Below, one piece after another: positions 1 through 13,185 of a DNA stretch of 56,718 nucleotides; within the stretch, counting starts at the first letter, position 1, and every line of letters starts with the position of its first letter. The DNA is taken from positions 31,767,451 through 31,824,168 of the forward strand of contig NC_069003.1 of the NCBI RefSeq assembly GCF_001194135.2, read 5' to 3'. The translations under genes were made by a program, and so were the position numbers. The stretch is from Octopus bimaculoides (taxonomy: Eukaryota). A model generated the notes under the pieces. It did no database searches. It was not told the DNA's origin and saw nothing but the letters and a program-made list of their open reading frames with translations.

Positions 1-3000
1 GTACGTTCGTTCTTTTATTCAGTCATTCGTTCGTTAGTATGTACGTACGATCGTTCGTTCTTACGTACGTACGTACGTTCGTTTTTTCGTTCGTTCCTTC
101 GATCGTTTGGTCGTTCGTCCGTACATACGTACGCACGTTCGTTCGTACGTACGTACATTCGTTCGTTCGTACGTACTTACGTTCGTTCATTCCTTCATTC
201 TACGTATAAACGTACGTACAAACATACCTTCGTTTCTTCGTTGTGTCGTTTGTTCGTTCGTTCGTTTCTTCGTACGTACACACGTACCTTCTTTCGTTCG
301 GTCGTTCGTTAGTTCTTTCCTTCGTTCGTTCGGTCGTTAGTTCGTTATTTCGTATGTACGTTCGTTTGTACGTTCGTTAGTTCGTTATTTCGTATGTACG
401 TTCGTTTGTACGTTCGTACGTACGTTCGTATGTACGCACGTACGTACGCACGTACGTACGCACCTTACGTACGATCGTTCTTACGTACGTACGTTCGTTC
501 TTTCGTTCGTTCCTTCGATAGTTCGTTCGTCCGCACGCAAGTACGTTCGTTCGTTCGTACTTACGTACGTAATTACGATCGTTCGTCCGAACTAACGCAC
601 GTACATACATTCGTTCTTTCGCTCGTTCGTTCGATCCTTCGTTCGTTCGGACGTACTTACGTACTTACGTTCGGTCGTTCGTACTTACGTAATTACGTAC
701 GTACGTTCTTTCATTCGTTCGTTCGTTAGTACGTTTGCTCGTTTATTCATTTCGTTTCTTTGTTCATTCGTTTGTTCGTTCGTATGTACGTACGATCATT
801 CGTTCTTACGTACGTTACGTTCGTTCTTTCGTTCGTTCCTTCGATCGTTTGGTCGTTCGTTCGGAAATACCTACGCACGTTCGTTCCTACGTACGTACGT
901 TCGTTCGTACGTACTTACGTTCGTTCATTCCTTCATTCTTACCTATGAACGTACGTACAAACGTACCTTCGTTTGTTCGTTCGTTCGTTTCTTCATACCT
1001 ACACACGTACGTTCTTTCGTTCGGTCGTTCGTTAGTTCGTTACTTCGTTCGTTCTTTCGTTAGTTCGTTCTTTCGTATGTCGATACGTAAGTTNNNNNNN
1101 NNNNNNNNNNNNNNNNNNNNNNNNNNNNNNNNNNNNNNNNNNNNNNNNNNNNNNNNNNNNNNNNNNNNNNNNNNNNNNNNNNNNNNNNNNNNNNNNNNNN
1201 NNNNNNNNNNNNNNNNNNNNNNNNNNNNNNNNNNNNNNNNNNNNNNNNNNNNNNNNNNNNNNNNNNNNNNNNNNNNNNNNNNNNNNNNNNNNNNNNNNNN
1301 NNNNNNNNNNNNNNNNNNNNNNNNNNNNNNNNNNNNNNNNNNNNNNNNNNNNNNNNNNNNNNNNNNNNNNNNNNNNNNNNNNNNNNNNNNNNNNNNNNNN
1401 NNNNNNNNNNNNNNNNNNNNNNNNNNNNNNNNNNNNNNNNNNNNNNNNNNNNNNNNNNNNNNNNNNNNNNNNNNNNNNNNNNNNNNNNNNNNNNNNNNNN
1501 NNNNNNNNNNNNNNNNNNNNNNNNNNNNNNNNNNNNNNNNNNNNNNNNNNNNNNNNNNNNNNNNNNNNNNNNNNNNNNNNNNNNNNNNNNNNNNNNNNNN
1601 NNNNNNNNNNNNNNNNNNNNNNNNNNNNNNNNNNNNNNNNNNNNNNNNNNNNNNNNNNNNNNNNNNNNNNNNNNNNNNNNNNNNNNNNNNNNNNNNNNNN
1701 NNNNNNNNNNNNNNNNNNNNNNNNNNNNNNNNNNNNNNNNNNNNNNNNNNNNNNNNNNNNNNNNNNNNNNNNNNNNNNNNNNNNNNNNNNNNNNNNNNNN
1801 NNNNNNNNNNNNNNNNNNNNNNNNNNNNNNNNNNNNNNNNNNNNNNNNNNNNNNNNNNNNNNNNNNNNNNNNNNNNNNNNNNNNNNNNNNNNNNNNNNNN
1901 NNNNNNNNNNNNNNNNNNNNNNNNNNNNTCATTCGTTTGTTCGTTCGTATGTACGTACGATCATTCGTTCTTACGTACGTTACGTTCGTTCTTTCGTTCG
2001 TTCCTTCGATCGTTCGTTCGTTCGTTCGGACGTACGTACGTTCGTTTGTTTGTTCGTTTGATCTTTCATTCTTTGACAAGTGCGTACATTCGTTCGTTTG
2101 TTCATTCGTTTGTTTGTTCATTCTAATGTACGTACTACGTACGTACGTACGCTCGTTCGTTCTTTTGTTCGTTCGTACGTACCTACATTCGGACGTACGT
2201 TCGTTCGTTCGTTCGTACGGACGCATGTACGCACGTTCCTTAGTTTGCTCGATCGTACGTACGTACGTTTGTTTCTTGGTACGTACGCACGTACGTTCTT
2301 TCGTTCGGTCGTTCGTTAGTTCGTTACTTCGTTCGTTCTTTCGTTAGTTCGTTCTTTCGTATGTCGATACGTAAGTTCGTACGTACATCCATACGTTCGT
2401 TCGTTCGTATGTACGCATGTACGTACGATCGTTCGTACGTACGTACGTTCGTTCTTTCTTTCGTTCCTTCGATCGTTCGTTAGTCCGCACGTAAGTACGT
2501 TCGATCGTTCGTACCTACGTACGTAATTACGATCATTCGTTAGTACTTGCGTACGTACATACGTTCGTTCTTTCCCTCGTTCGATCGATCGATCGTTCGG
2601 ACGTACGTACGTACGTTCGTTCGTTCGTACATACGTAATTACATACATACGTTCTATCATTCCTTCGTTCGTTCGTACGTACGTGCGTATGTACGTTCAA
2701 TCGTTAGTCCGTTCTTACGTTCGTTCGGTCATACGTTCGCTCGTTTATTCATTTCGTTTCTTCGTTCATTCTTTCTTTCGTTCGTATGTACGTACGATAG
2801 TTTGTTCTTACGTACGTACGCACGTTCTTTCGTTCGTTCCTTCGATCGTTTGGACGTTCGTTCGTACATACGTACGCCCATTCTTTCGTACGTACTTACG
2901 TTCGTTCGTTCGTACGTACTTACGCTCGTTCGTTCCTTCATTCTTACGTATGAACGTACGTACAAATGTACCTTCGTTTGTTCGTTGTGTCGTTTGTTCG

Positions 3001-6000
3001 TTCGTTCGTTTCTTCGTACGTACACACGTCCGTTCTATCGTTCGGTCGATCTTTAGTTCTTTCGTTCGTTCGTTCTTTCGCTAGTACGTTCCTTCGTATG
3101 TACGTTCGTTTGTACGTTCTTACGCACATACGCAAGTACGAACGCATATAAGCTCGTACGTACGTAAGTGCGTTCGTTCGTTAGTTCGTTTGTTCGTTTG
3201 TTCATTCTAACGTACGTACTACGTACGTACGTACGTTCGTTCGTTCTTTTGTTCGTTCGTACGTACCTATGTTCGGACGTACGTTCGTTCGTTTATTCAT
3301 TTCGATTCGTCGTTCATACGTTCGTTCGTTCTTATGTACGTAGGTTCGTTCGTTCGTCCGTTCGTTTGTACTTTCTTACGTACCTACGTAAGTACGTTCG
3401 TACGTACGTACGTTCGTACGTGCGTTCTTTGTTTCGTTCGTTCCTTCGATCGTTAGGTCGTTCGTTCGTTCGTTTGTTTGTTTGTTCGTTTGTTCATTCT
3501 AATGTACGTACTACGTAGGTACGTACGTTCGTTTGTTCGTACGTACCTATGTTGGGATGTACGTTCGTTCGTTTCTTCTTACTTACACACGTACGTTCTT
3601 TCGTTCGGTCGTTCGTTAGTTCTTTCGTTCGTTCGTTCTTTCGCTAGTTCGTTCCTTCGTATGTACGTTCGTTTGTACGTTCTTACGAACAAACGAAGGT
3701 ACGTTTGTACATACGTTCATACGTAAGAATGAAGGAAAGAACGAACGTGAGTACGTACGAACGAACAAATGTACGTACGTACGAACGAACGTGCGTAAGT
3801 ATTTACGAACAAAAAACCAAACGATCGAAGGAACGAACGAATGAACGAACGTACGTACGTAAGAACGAACGATCGTACGTACAAAAGAACGAAGGTTCAT
3901 ACGTAAAGATGAAAGAATGAACGAAGGTAAGTACGTCCGAACGAACGAATGAACGTACGTACATACAAACGTGCGTACGTATGTACGAACGTACGACCAA
4001 ACGATCGAAGGAATGAATGAAAGAACGAACGATCGTACGTACATACGAATGAACGAGCGAATGAGCGAAGAAACGAAATGAATAAACGAGCGAACGTACG
4101 AACGTACACGAACGTGCGTATGTACGAACGTACGAACGAAGGAACTAACGNNNNNNNNNNNNNNNNNNNNNNNNNNNNNNNNNNNNNNNNNNNNNNNNNN
4201 NNNNNNNNNNNNNNNNNNNNNNNNNNNNNNNNNNNNNNNNNNNNNNNNNNACGTACAAATGTACCTTCGTTTGTTCGTTGTGTCGTTTGTTCGTTCGTTC
4301 CTTTCTTCGTACGTACACACGGACGTTCTTCCGTTCGGTCGTTCTTTAGTTCTTTCGTTCGTTCGTTCTTTCGCTAGTACGTTCCTTCGTATGTACGTTC
4401 GTTTGTACGTTCTTACGCACATACGCATGTACGAACGCATATAAGCTCGTACAACGTAAGTGCGTTCGTTCGTTAGTTCGTTAGTTCGTTTGTTCATTCT
4501 AAAGTACGTACTACGTACGTACGTACGTTCGTTCGTTCTTTTGTTCGTTCGTACGTACCTATGTTCGGACGTACGTTCGTTCGTTTATTCATTTCGTTTC
4601 GTCGTTCATTCGTTCGTTCGTTCTTATGTACGTAGGTGCGTTCGTTCGTCCGTTCGTTTGTACTTTCTTACGTACATACGTAAGTACGTTCGTACGTACG
4701 TACGTTTGTACGTACGTTCTTTGTTGCGTTCGTTCCTTCGATCGTTAGGTCGTTCGTTCGTTCGTTTGTTTGTTTGTTCGTTTGTTCATTCTAATGTACG
4801 TACTACGTAGGTACGTACGTTCGTTCGTTCTTTTGTTCGTTCGTACGTACCTATGTTCAGATGTACATTCGTTCGTTTCTTCTTACTTACACACGTTCTT
4901 TCTTTCGTTCGGTCGTTCGTTAGTTCTTTCGTTCGTTCGTTCTTTCGCTAGTTCGTTCCTTCGTATGTACGTTCGTTTGTACGTTCTTACGAACAAACGA
5001 AGGTACGTTTGTACATACGTTCATACGTAAGAATGAAGGAAAGAACGAACGTAAGTACGTACGAACGAACAAATGTACGTACGTACGAACGAACGTGCGT
5101 AAGTATTTACGAACAAAAAACCAAACGATCTAAGGAACGAACGAATGAACGAACGTACGTACGTACGTAAGAACGAACGATCGTACGTACAAAAGAACGA
5201 ACGTTCATACGTAAAGATGAAAGAATGAACGAAGGTAAGTACGTCCGAACGAACGAATGAACGTACGTACATACAAACGTGCGTACGTATGTACGAACGT
5301 ACGACCAAACGATCGAAGGAATGAATGAAAGAACGAACGATCGTACGTACATACGAACGAACGAGCGAATGAACGAAGACACGAAAGAATAAACGAGCGA
5401 ACGTACGAACGAACGAACGTGCGTATGTACGAACGTACGAACGAAGTAACTAACGATTGAACGTACATACAAACGTACGTACGAACGTACGAACGAATGA
5501 AAGAACGTACGTACGTAATTACGTATGTACGAACGAACGAACGACTGAACGTACGTACGCAAGTACGTCCGAACGAAAGAACGACCGAACGAACGAGCGA
5601 AAGAATGAACGTGTGTACGTACGTAAGTACGAACGATCGATCGTAATTACGTACGTAGGTACGAACGAATGAACGTACGTATGTGCGGACGAACGAAAGA
5701 ACGAACGATCGAAGAANNNNNNNNNNAAGGAAAGAACTAACGAACGACCGAACGAAAGAACGTACGTGTGTACGTACGAAGAAACGAACGAACGTTCATA
5801 CGTAAGAATGAAGGAATGAACGATCGTACGTACATACGAACGAACGAACGAATGAACGAATAAACGAAATGAATAAACGAGCGAACGTACGAACGTACGA
5901 TCGAACAAACCTACGAAGGAACTAACGATTGAAAGGACAAACGCACGTACGTAAGAACGAACGAACGAAGGAAAGAACGTACGTACGTACAAACGAACGA

Positions 6001-9000
6001 ATGAACAAACGTACGTACGTAAGTACGTCCGAACGAACGGACGATCGAACGAACGGACGATCGAACGAACGGACGATCGAACGAACGAGCGAAAGAACGA
6101 ACGTATGTACGTAAGTAAGTACGAACGATCGTAATTACGTATGTACGTGCGGACGGACGAACGAACGATCGAAGGAACGAACGAAAGAACGAACGTACGA
6201 TCGTACGTAAGAATGAACGATCGTACGTACATACAAACGAACGAACGAGCGAAAGAACGAACGTATGTATGTACGTAAGTACGAACGAACGATCGTAATT
6301 ACGTACGTAGGTACGTGCGGACGAACGAACGAATGAACGATCGAAGGAACCAACGAAAGGACGAACGTACGTACGCACGAACGATCGTACGTACGTACAT
6401 ACGAACGAACGTACATAAGTATGTACGTACGAACGTACAAACGAACGTACATACGAAAGAACGAGCTAACGAAAGAAAGAACGAAGGAAAGAACTAACGA
6501 ACGACAGAACGAAAGAACGTATTAAGAAACAAACGTACGTACGTACGATCGAGCGAACTGAGGAATGTGCGTACATACATCCGTACGTACGAACGAACGT
6601 ACGTCCGAACGAACAAAGGAACGAACGAGCGTACGTACGTACATTAGAATGAACAAAGGAACGAACGAAGAAACGAACGAACGTACGCACTTGTGAACGA
6701 AAGAAAGATCGAACAAACAAACAAACGAACGTACATACGTCAGAAAGAACGAAGGAACGACCGAAACAACGAATGTACGTACGTACATACGAACGAACGC
6801 ACTAACGAACGAACGTACGTTGGTACTTACGTATGTACGCACGTACGTACGTTCGTTGTTTCATTCGTTCGTTCGTTTGTTTGTTCGTTTGATCTCTCAT
6901 TCTTTCACAAGTGCGTACATTCGTTCGTTTGTTCATTCGTTTGTTTGTTCATTCTAATGTACGTACTACGTACGTACGTACGCTCGTTCGTTCTTTTGTT
7001 CGTTCGTACGTACCTACGTTCGGACGTACGTTCGTACGGACGCATGTGCGCACGTTCCTTAGTTCGCTCGATTGTACGTACGTACGTTTGTTTCTTGGTA
7101 CGTACGCACGTACGTTCTTTCGTTCGGTCGTTCGTTAGTTCGTTCGTTCTTTCGTTAGTTCGTTCTTTCGTATGTACGTTCGTTCTTACGTTCGTTAGTC
7201 CGCACGTAAGTATGTTCGTTCGTTCGTACCTACGTACGTAATTACGATCATTCGTTCGTACTTGCTTACGTACATACGTTCGTTCTTTCCCTCGTTCGAT
7301 CGATCGTTCGGCCGTATGTACGTACGTTCGTTCGTTCGTACATACGTAATTACATACATACGTTCTATCATTCGTTCGTTCATTCGTTCGTTCGTATGTA
7401 CGTACAATAGTTCGTTCTTACGTACGTACGTTCGTTCTTTCGTTCGTTCCTTCGATCGTTTGGACGTTCGTTCGTACATACGTACGCCCATTCGTTCGTA
7501 CGTACTTACGTTCGTTCGTTCGTACGTATTTACGCTCGTCCGTTCCTTCATTCTTACCTATGAACGTACGTACAAATGTACCTTCGTTTGTTTGTTGTGT
7601 CGTTTGTTCGTTCGTTCGTTTCTTCGTACGTACACACGTACGTTCTTTCGTTCGGTCGTTCTTTAGTTCTTTCGTTCGTTCGTTCTTTCGCTAGTACGTT
7701 CCTTCGTGTGTACGTTCTTACGCACATCCGCAAGTACGAACGCACATAAGCTCTTACGTACGTAAGTACTTCGTACGTACGTACGTTCGTTCTTTTGTTC
7801 GCTCGTACGTACCTATGTTAGGACGTACGTTCGTTCGTTTATTCATTTCGTTTCTTCGTTCATTCGTTCGTTCGTTGGTATGTACGTACGATCGTTCTTT
7901 CGTTTGTACTTTCTTACGTACCTACGTAAGTACAAACGTACGTAAGTACGTTCGTACGTACGTACGTACGTTCGTTCGTTCGTTCGGACCTACGTATGTT
8001 CGTTTGTTTGTTCGTTCGATCTTTCCTTCGTTCACAAGTGCGTACGTTCGTTCGTTTGTTTGTTTGTTCATTTGTTCATTCTAATGTACGTACTACGTAG
8101 GTACGTACGTTCGTTCGTTCTTTTGTTCGTTCGTACGTATTTATGTTCGGATGTACGTTCGTTCGTTTCTTCTTACTTACACACGTACGTTCTTTCGTTC
8201 GGTCGTTCGTTAGTTCTTTCGTTCGTTCGTTCTTTCGCTAGTTCGTTCCTTCGTATGTACGTTCGTTTGTACGTTCTTACGAGCAAACGAAGGTACGTTT
8301 GTACATACGTTCATACGTAAGAATGAAGGAAAGAACGAACGTAAGTACGTTCGATCGAACGAATGTACGTACGTACGAACGAATGTGCGTAAGTATTTAC
8401 GAACAAAAAACCAAACGATCGAATGCACGAACGAATGAACGAACGAATGAACGAACGTACCTAAGAACGAACGATCGTACGTACATACGAACGAACGTTC
8501 ATACGTAAAAATGAAAGAATGAACGAAGGTTTGTACGTAGGAACGAACGAATGAACGTACGTACATACAAACGTGCGTACGTATGTACGAACGTACGACC
8601 AAACGATCGAAGGAATGAACGAAAGAACGAACGATCGTACGTACATACGAACGAACGAATGAACGAAGAAACAAAATGAATAAACGAGCGTACGAACGAA
8701 CGAACGTGCGTATGTACGAACGTACGAACGAAGGAACTAACGATTGAACGTACATACAAACGTACGTACGAACAAACGAACGAATGAAAGAACGTACGTA
8801 CGTAATTACGTATGTACGAACGAACTAACGACCGAACGTACGTACGCAAGTACGTCCGAACGAAAGAACGACCGAACGAACGAGCGAAAGAACGAACGTG
8901 TGTACGTACGTAAGTACGAACGATCGATCGTAATTACGTACGTAGGTACGAACGAACGAACGTACGTAGGTACGGACGAACGAAAGAACGAACGATCGAA

Positions 9001-12000
9001 GGAACGAACGAAAGAAGGAACGTACGTACGTACGAACGATCATACGTACGTGCGTACATACGAACGAACGGACGTACTTACGTATGTACCTACTAACGTA
9101 CAAACGAACGTACATACGAAGGAACGAACTAACGAAAGAACGAACGGAGGAAAGAACTAACGAACGACCGAACGAAAGAATGTACGTGCGTACGTACGAA
9201 GAAACGAACGAACGTTCATACGTAAGAATGAAGGATTGAACGAACGTACGTACGTACGAATGAACGACCAAATGATCGAAGGAACGAACGAAAGAACAAA
9301 CGTACGTACCTAAGGACGAACGATCGTACATACGTACGAAGAAACGAACGAACGAACGAGCAAACGACACAACGAACAAACGAAGGTATGTTTGTACGTA
9401 CGTTCATACTTTAGAATGAAGGAAAGAACGAGCGTAAGTACGTACGAACGAACGTGCGTACGTATTTACGAACGAACGACTAAACGATCGATGGAGCGAA
9501 CGAAAGAACGAACGTACGTACAAACGAACGTGTGTACGTTCGTTTGTTCGTTTTTACGTACATACGAACGTACGTACGTTCGTTTGGTCGTTCGTATGTA
9601 CGTACGTTCCTTGTTTCGTTCGTTCCTTCGATCGTTCGGTCTTTCGTTCGTCCGTTCTGACTTACGTACGTTCCTTTGTTTGTTCGTTCGATCTTTCTTT
9701 CGTTCACAAGTGCGTACGTTCGTTCGTTTGTTCATTCTAACGTACGTACTACGTACGTACATACGCTCGTTCTTTTGTTCGTTCGTACGTACCTACGTTC
9801 GGACGTACGTTCGATCGTTTGTTCGTACGTACGGACGTATGTACGCACGTTCCTTAGTTCGCTCGATCGTATGTACGTACGTTTGTTTCTAGCTACGTAC
9901 GTACACACGTACGTTCTTTCGTTCGGTCGTTCGTTAGTTCTTTCCTTCGTTCGTTCTTTCTTTAGTTCGTTATTTCGAATGTACGTTCGTTTGTACATAC
10001 GTACGTCCGTACGTTCGTATGTACGATCGTTCTTACGTACGTACGTTCGTTCCTTCGATCGTTCGTTCGTCCGCACGCAAGTAAGTTCGTTCGTTCGTAC
10101 CTACGTACGTAATTGCGATCGTTCGTCCAAACTAACGTACGTACAAACGTTCGTTCTTTCGCTCGTTCGTTCGATCCTTCGTTCGTTCGGACGTACTTAC
10201 GTACGTACTTTCGGTCGTTCGTACATACGTAATTACGTACGTACGTTCTTTCATTCGTTCGTTCGTTAGTACGTTCGCTCGTTTATTCATTTCGTTTCTT
10301 CGTTTGTTCGTTCGTATGTACGTACGATCTTTCGTTCTTTCAATCGTTTGGTCGATTGTTCGTTCGTTCGTTTCTTCATACGTACACACGTACGTTCTTT
10401 CGTTCCGTCGTTCTTTACTTCTTTCGTTCGTTCGTCCGTACATACGTACGCACGTTCGTTCCTACGTACGTACATTCGTTCGTTCGTACGTACTTACGTT
10501 CGTTCATTCCTTCATTCTTACGTATGAACGTACGTACAAACGTACCTTCGTTTGTTCGTTGTGTCGTTTGTTCGTTCGTTCGTTTCTTCGTACGTACACA
10601 CGTACGTTCTTTTGTTCGGTCGTTCGTTAGTTCTTTTGTTCGTTCCTTCGTATGTACGTTCGTTTGTACGTTCGTTTGTACGTACGTACGTACGTACGTT
10701 CGTTGTTTCGTTCGTTCTTTCGATCGTTCGTTCGTTCGGACGTACGTACGTTCGTTTGTTTGTTTGATCTTTCATTCGTTCACAAGTGCGTACATTCGTT
10801 CGTTTGTTTGTTCATTCTAATGTACGTACTACGTACGTACGTACGCTCGTTCGTTCGTTTGTTCATTCGTACGTACGTATGCTCGTTCGTTCTTTTGTTC
10901 GTTCGTACGTTCATGCGTAAGAATGAAGGAAAGAACGAACGTAAGTACGTACGAACGAACGAATGTACGTACGTACAAACGAACGTGCGTAAGTATTTAC
11001 GAACGAACAACCAAACGATCGAAGGAACGAACGAATGAACGAAGAAACGAAATGAATAAACGAGCGAACGTACGAACGAACGTGCGTATGTACGAAGGAA
11101 CTAACGATTGAACGTACATAAAAACGTACGTACGAACGTACGAACAAACGAACGAATGAAAGAACGTACGTACGTAATTACGTATGTACGAACGAACGAA
11201 CGATCGAACGTACGTACGCAAGTACGTCCGAACGAACCAACGATCGAGCGAAAGAACGAACGTAAGTATGAACGATCGATCGTAATTACGTACGTAGGTA
11301 CGAACGAACGAACGTACGTACGTGCGGACGATCGAAGGAACGAACGAAAGAAGGAACGTACGTACGTACGAACATACGAACGAACGGACGTACGTACGTA
11401 CTAACGTATGTACGTACTAACGTACAAACGAACGTACATACGAAGGAACGAACTAACGAAAGAACGAACGAAGGAAAGAACTAACGAACGACCGAACGAA
11501 AGAACGTACGTGCGTACGTTCCAAGAAACAAACGTACGTACGTACGATCGAGTGAAGTAAGGAGCGTGCGTACATACGTCCGAACGTACGAACGAACCAA
11601 CGTAGGTACGTACGAACGAACAAACGAACAAACGTACGCACTTGTGAACGAAAGAAAGATCGAACGAACAAACAAACGAACGTACGTCCGAACGAACGAA
11701 CGAGCGAGAGATCAAAGGAACGAACGTAACAACGAACGTACGTACGTACTCACGAACGAACGAACGTACGTACGTTCTTACGTACGTACGTACTTACATA
11801 CGTTCGTACTTACGTATGTACGTACAAACGAACGTACATACGAAGGAACGAAGTAGCGAAAGAACGAACGAACGAAAGAACTAACGAACGACCGAACGAA
11901 CGTACGTGCGTAAATACGAACGTACGTGCGTAAATACGAACGTAAGTACGTACGTACGAATGAACAAATGAGCGTACATGCGAACGAACGAACGTACGTA

Positions 12001-12917
12001 CGTACGAGAGACCGAACAAACCAAGAAACGAAGGTACGTACGTACGTATGAATGACCGAACGAACGTACGTACGAACGAACCACCGAGTAAATGAACGAA
12101 CGATCGACGAACGAACTTACGTACGTAAATACGTACGAACGATCAAACGAACGAACGAACATACGAAATAACGAACGAACGATCATACGAAATAACGAAC
12201 GAACGTACGTTGGTAGGTACGAAAGAACGAGAGAACGAACGTAAGTTCGCAAGTACCTATGTACGAAAGAATGAACGAACGTACGTAAAAACGAACGACG
12301 AACGAACGAACGTACGTTCGTTCGTAAGTACAAACGAACTAACGATCGAACAAACAAAAAACAGAACGAATGAAGGAAGGAACGAACGAACGTAAGTATG
12401 TACGTAGGTACGAACGAAAGAACGAATGAACGAACGATCGAAGAAACGAATGTACGTACGAAAGAAACGAACGATCGAAAGATCGAACGTACGTATGAGT
12501 GAACGGAATCATATACATATGTCTGTACGTACGAAAGAACGAACGAACGTATGTACGAACGAACGATAGTACGCACGTACGTATGAAGGAACGAATGAAC
12601 GGAGAAACGAAATGAATGATCGAGCGAACGTACGAACGAACGAACGTGCGTATGTACGAACGTACGAACGAATGAACGTACGAAGGAACTAACGATTGAA
12701 CGTACATACGCACGTACGTACCTACGAACGAACGAAAGAAAGAACGTACGTACGTAATTACGTATGTACGAACGAACGAACGAACGAACGAACGTACGTA
12801 CGTAAGTACGTCCGAACGAATGAACGAGCGATCGTAATTCCGTACGTGGGTACGAACGTACGTACGTGCGGACAGACGAACGAACGAACGACCGAACGAA
12901 CGAACGAAAGAACGAAC
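1..12917. repeat. Complex CpG-dense satellite with 4-nt register (ACGT/TCGT/ACGA and decayed variants) and alternating strand polarity
   Basis: CG recurs about every 4 nt throughout. Blocks rich in CGTT alternate with blocks rich in AACG. Landmark words recur on both strands, e.g. CACAAGTGCG on + at 6906, 8033, 9705, 10781 and on - at 6686, 11637. The left end runs off the window. Confidence 0.95.
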
Positions 12918-13072
12918 GGAGTGGTTAGAGTTAGGAAAGGCATCCAGGTGTAGAAACTCTGCCAAATCAGATTGGAGCCTGGTGCAGCCATCCGGTTCAC
13001 CAGTCCTCAGTCAAATCGTCCAACCCATGCTAGCATGGAAAGCGGACGTTAAACGATGATGATGATGATGAT
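12918..13072 (+). mobile_element. Retroposon 3' module ending in (GAT)n (family C here)
   Basis: GTGGTT..TTAGGAAAGGCATCCAG..CCAACCCATGCTAGCATGGAAAGCGGACGTTAAACGATGATGAT. A near-identical reverse copy lies at 32353-32507, with diverged copies near 28905, 35680, 37571, 46150 and 56150. Confidence 0.8.
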
Positions 13073-13185
13073 ACGTGTGTGTGTGTGTGTCCCACCATCG
13101 CTTGACAACCCATGTTGGTGTGTTTACATTTAAGTACCGATAGAATAAGCACCAGTCTTAAAAAGAATAAGTCCAGCGGGGCGAT
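13073..13185 (+). mobile_element. 3' half of SINE family B, starting at its internal (GT)n microsatellite
   Basis: GTGTGTCCCACCATCGCTTGACAACC..GATAGAATAAG matches the corresponding part of the full copy at 33781-34200. Confidence 0.65.

Noticed and set aside
1-12917. CRISPR-like or repeat-spacer interpretation of the array
   Set aside because: There is no invariant direct repeat with unique spacers and no cas genes, and the context is eukaryotic.
1-12917. TAC-to-TGC/CAC variants (GTGCG, CGCAC) as a fossil imprint of A-to-I editing
   Set aside because: Ordinary transitions explain them, and I cannot count substitution spectra by hand. There is no evidence of an RNA intermediate.
12921-12940. 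GGTTAGAGTTAGG as a telomeric junction
   Set aside because: It is the diverged start of the family C module (GTGGTTGGCGTTAGGAAGGG in the 32507 copy), not a TTAGGG array.
107-13000. Dozens of long ORFs rich in RSFV/RTYV/ERTN in the satellite
   Set aside because: They are the 12-nt periodic translation of a 4-nt register that rarely produces stops. They occur in all six frames, several cross N gaps, and none has splice or domain support.
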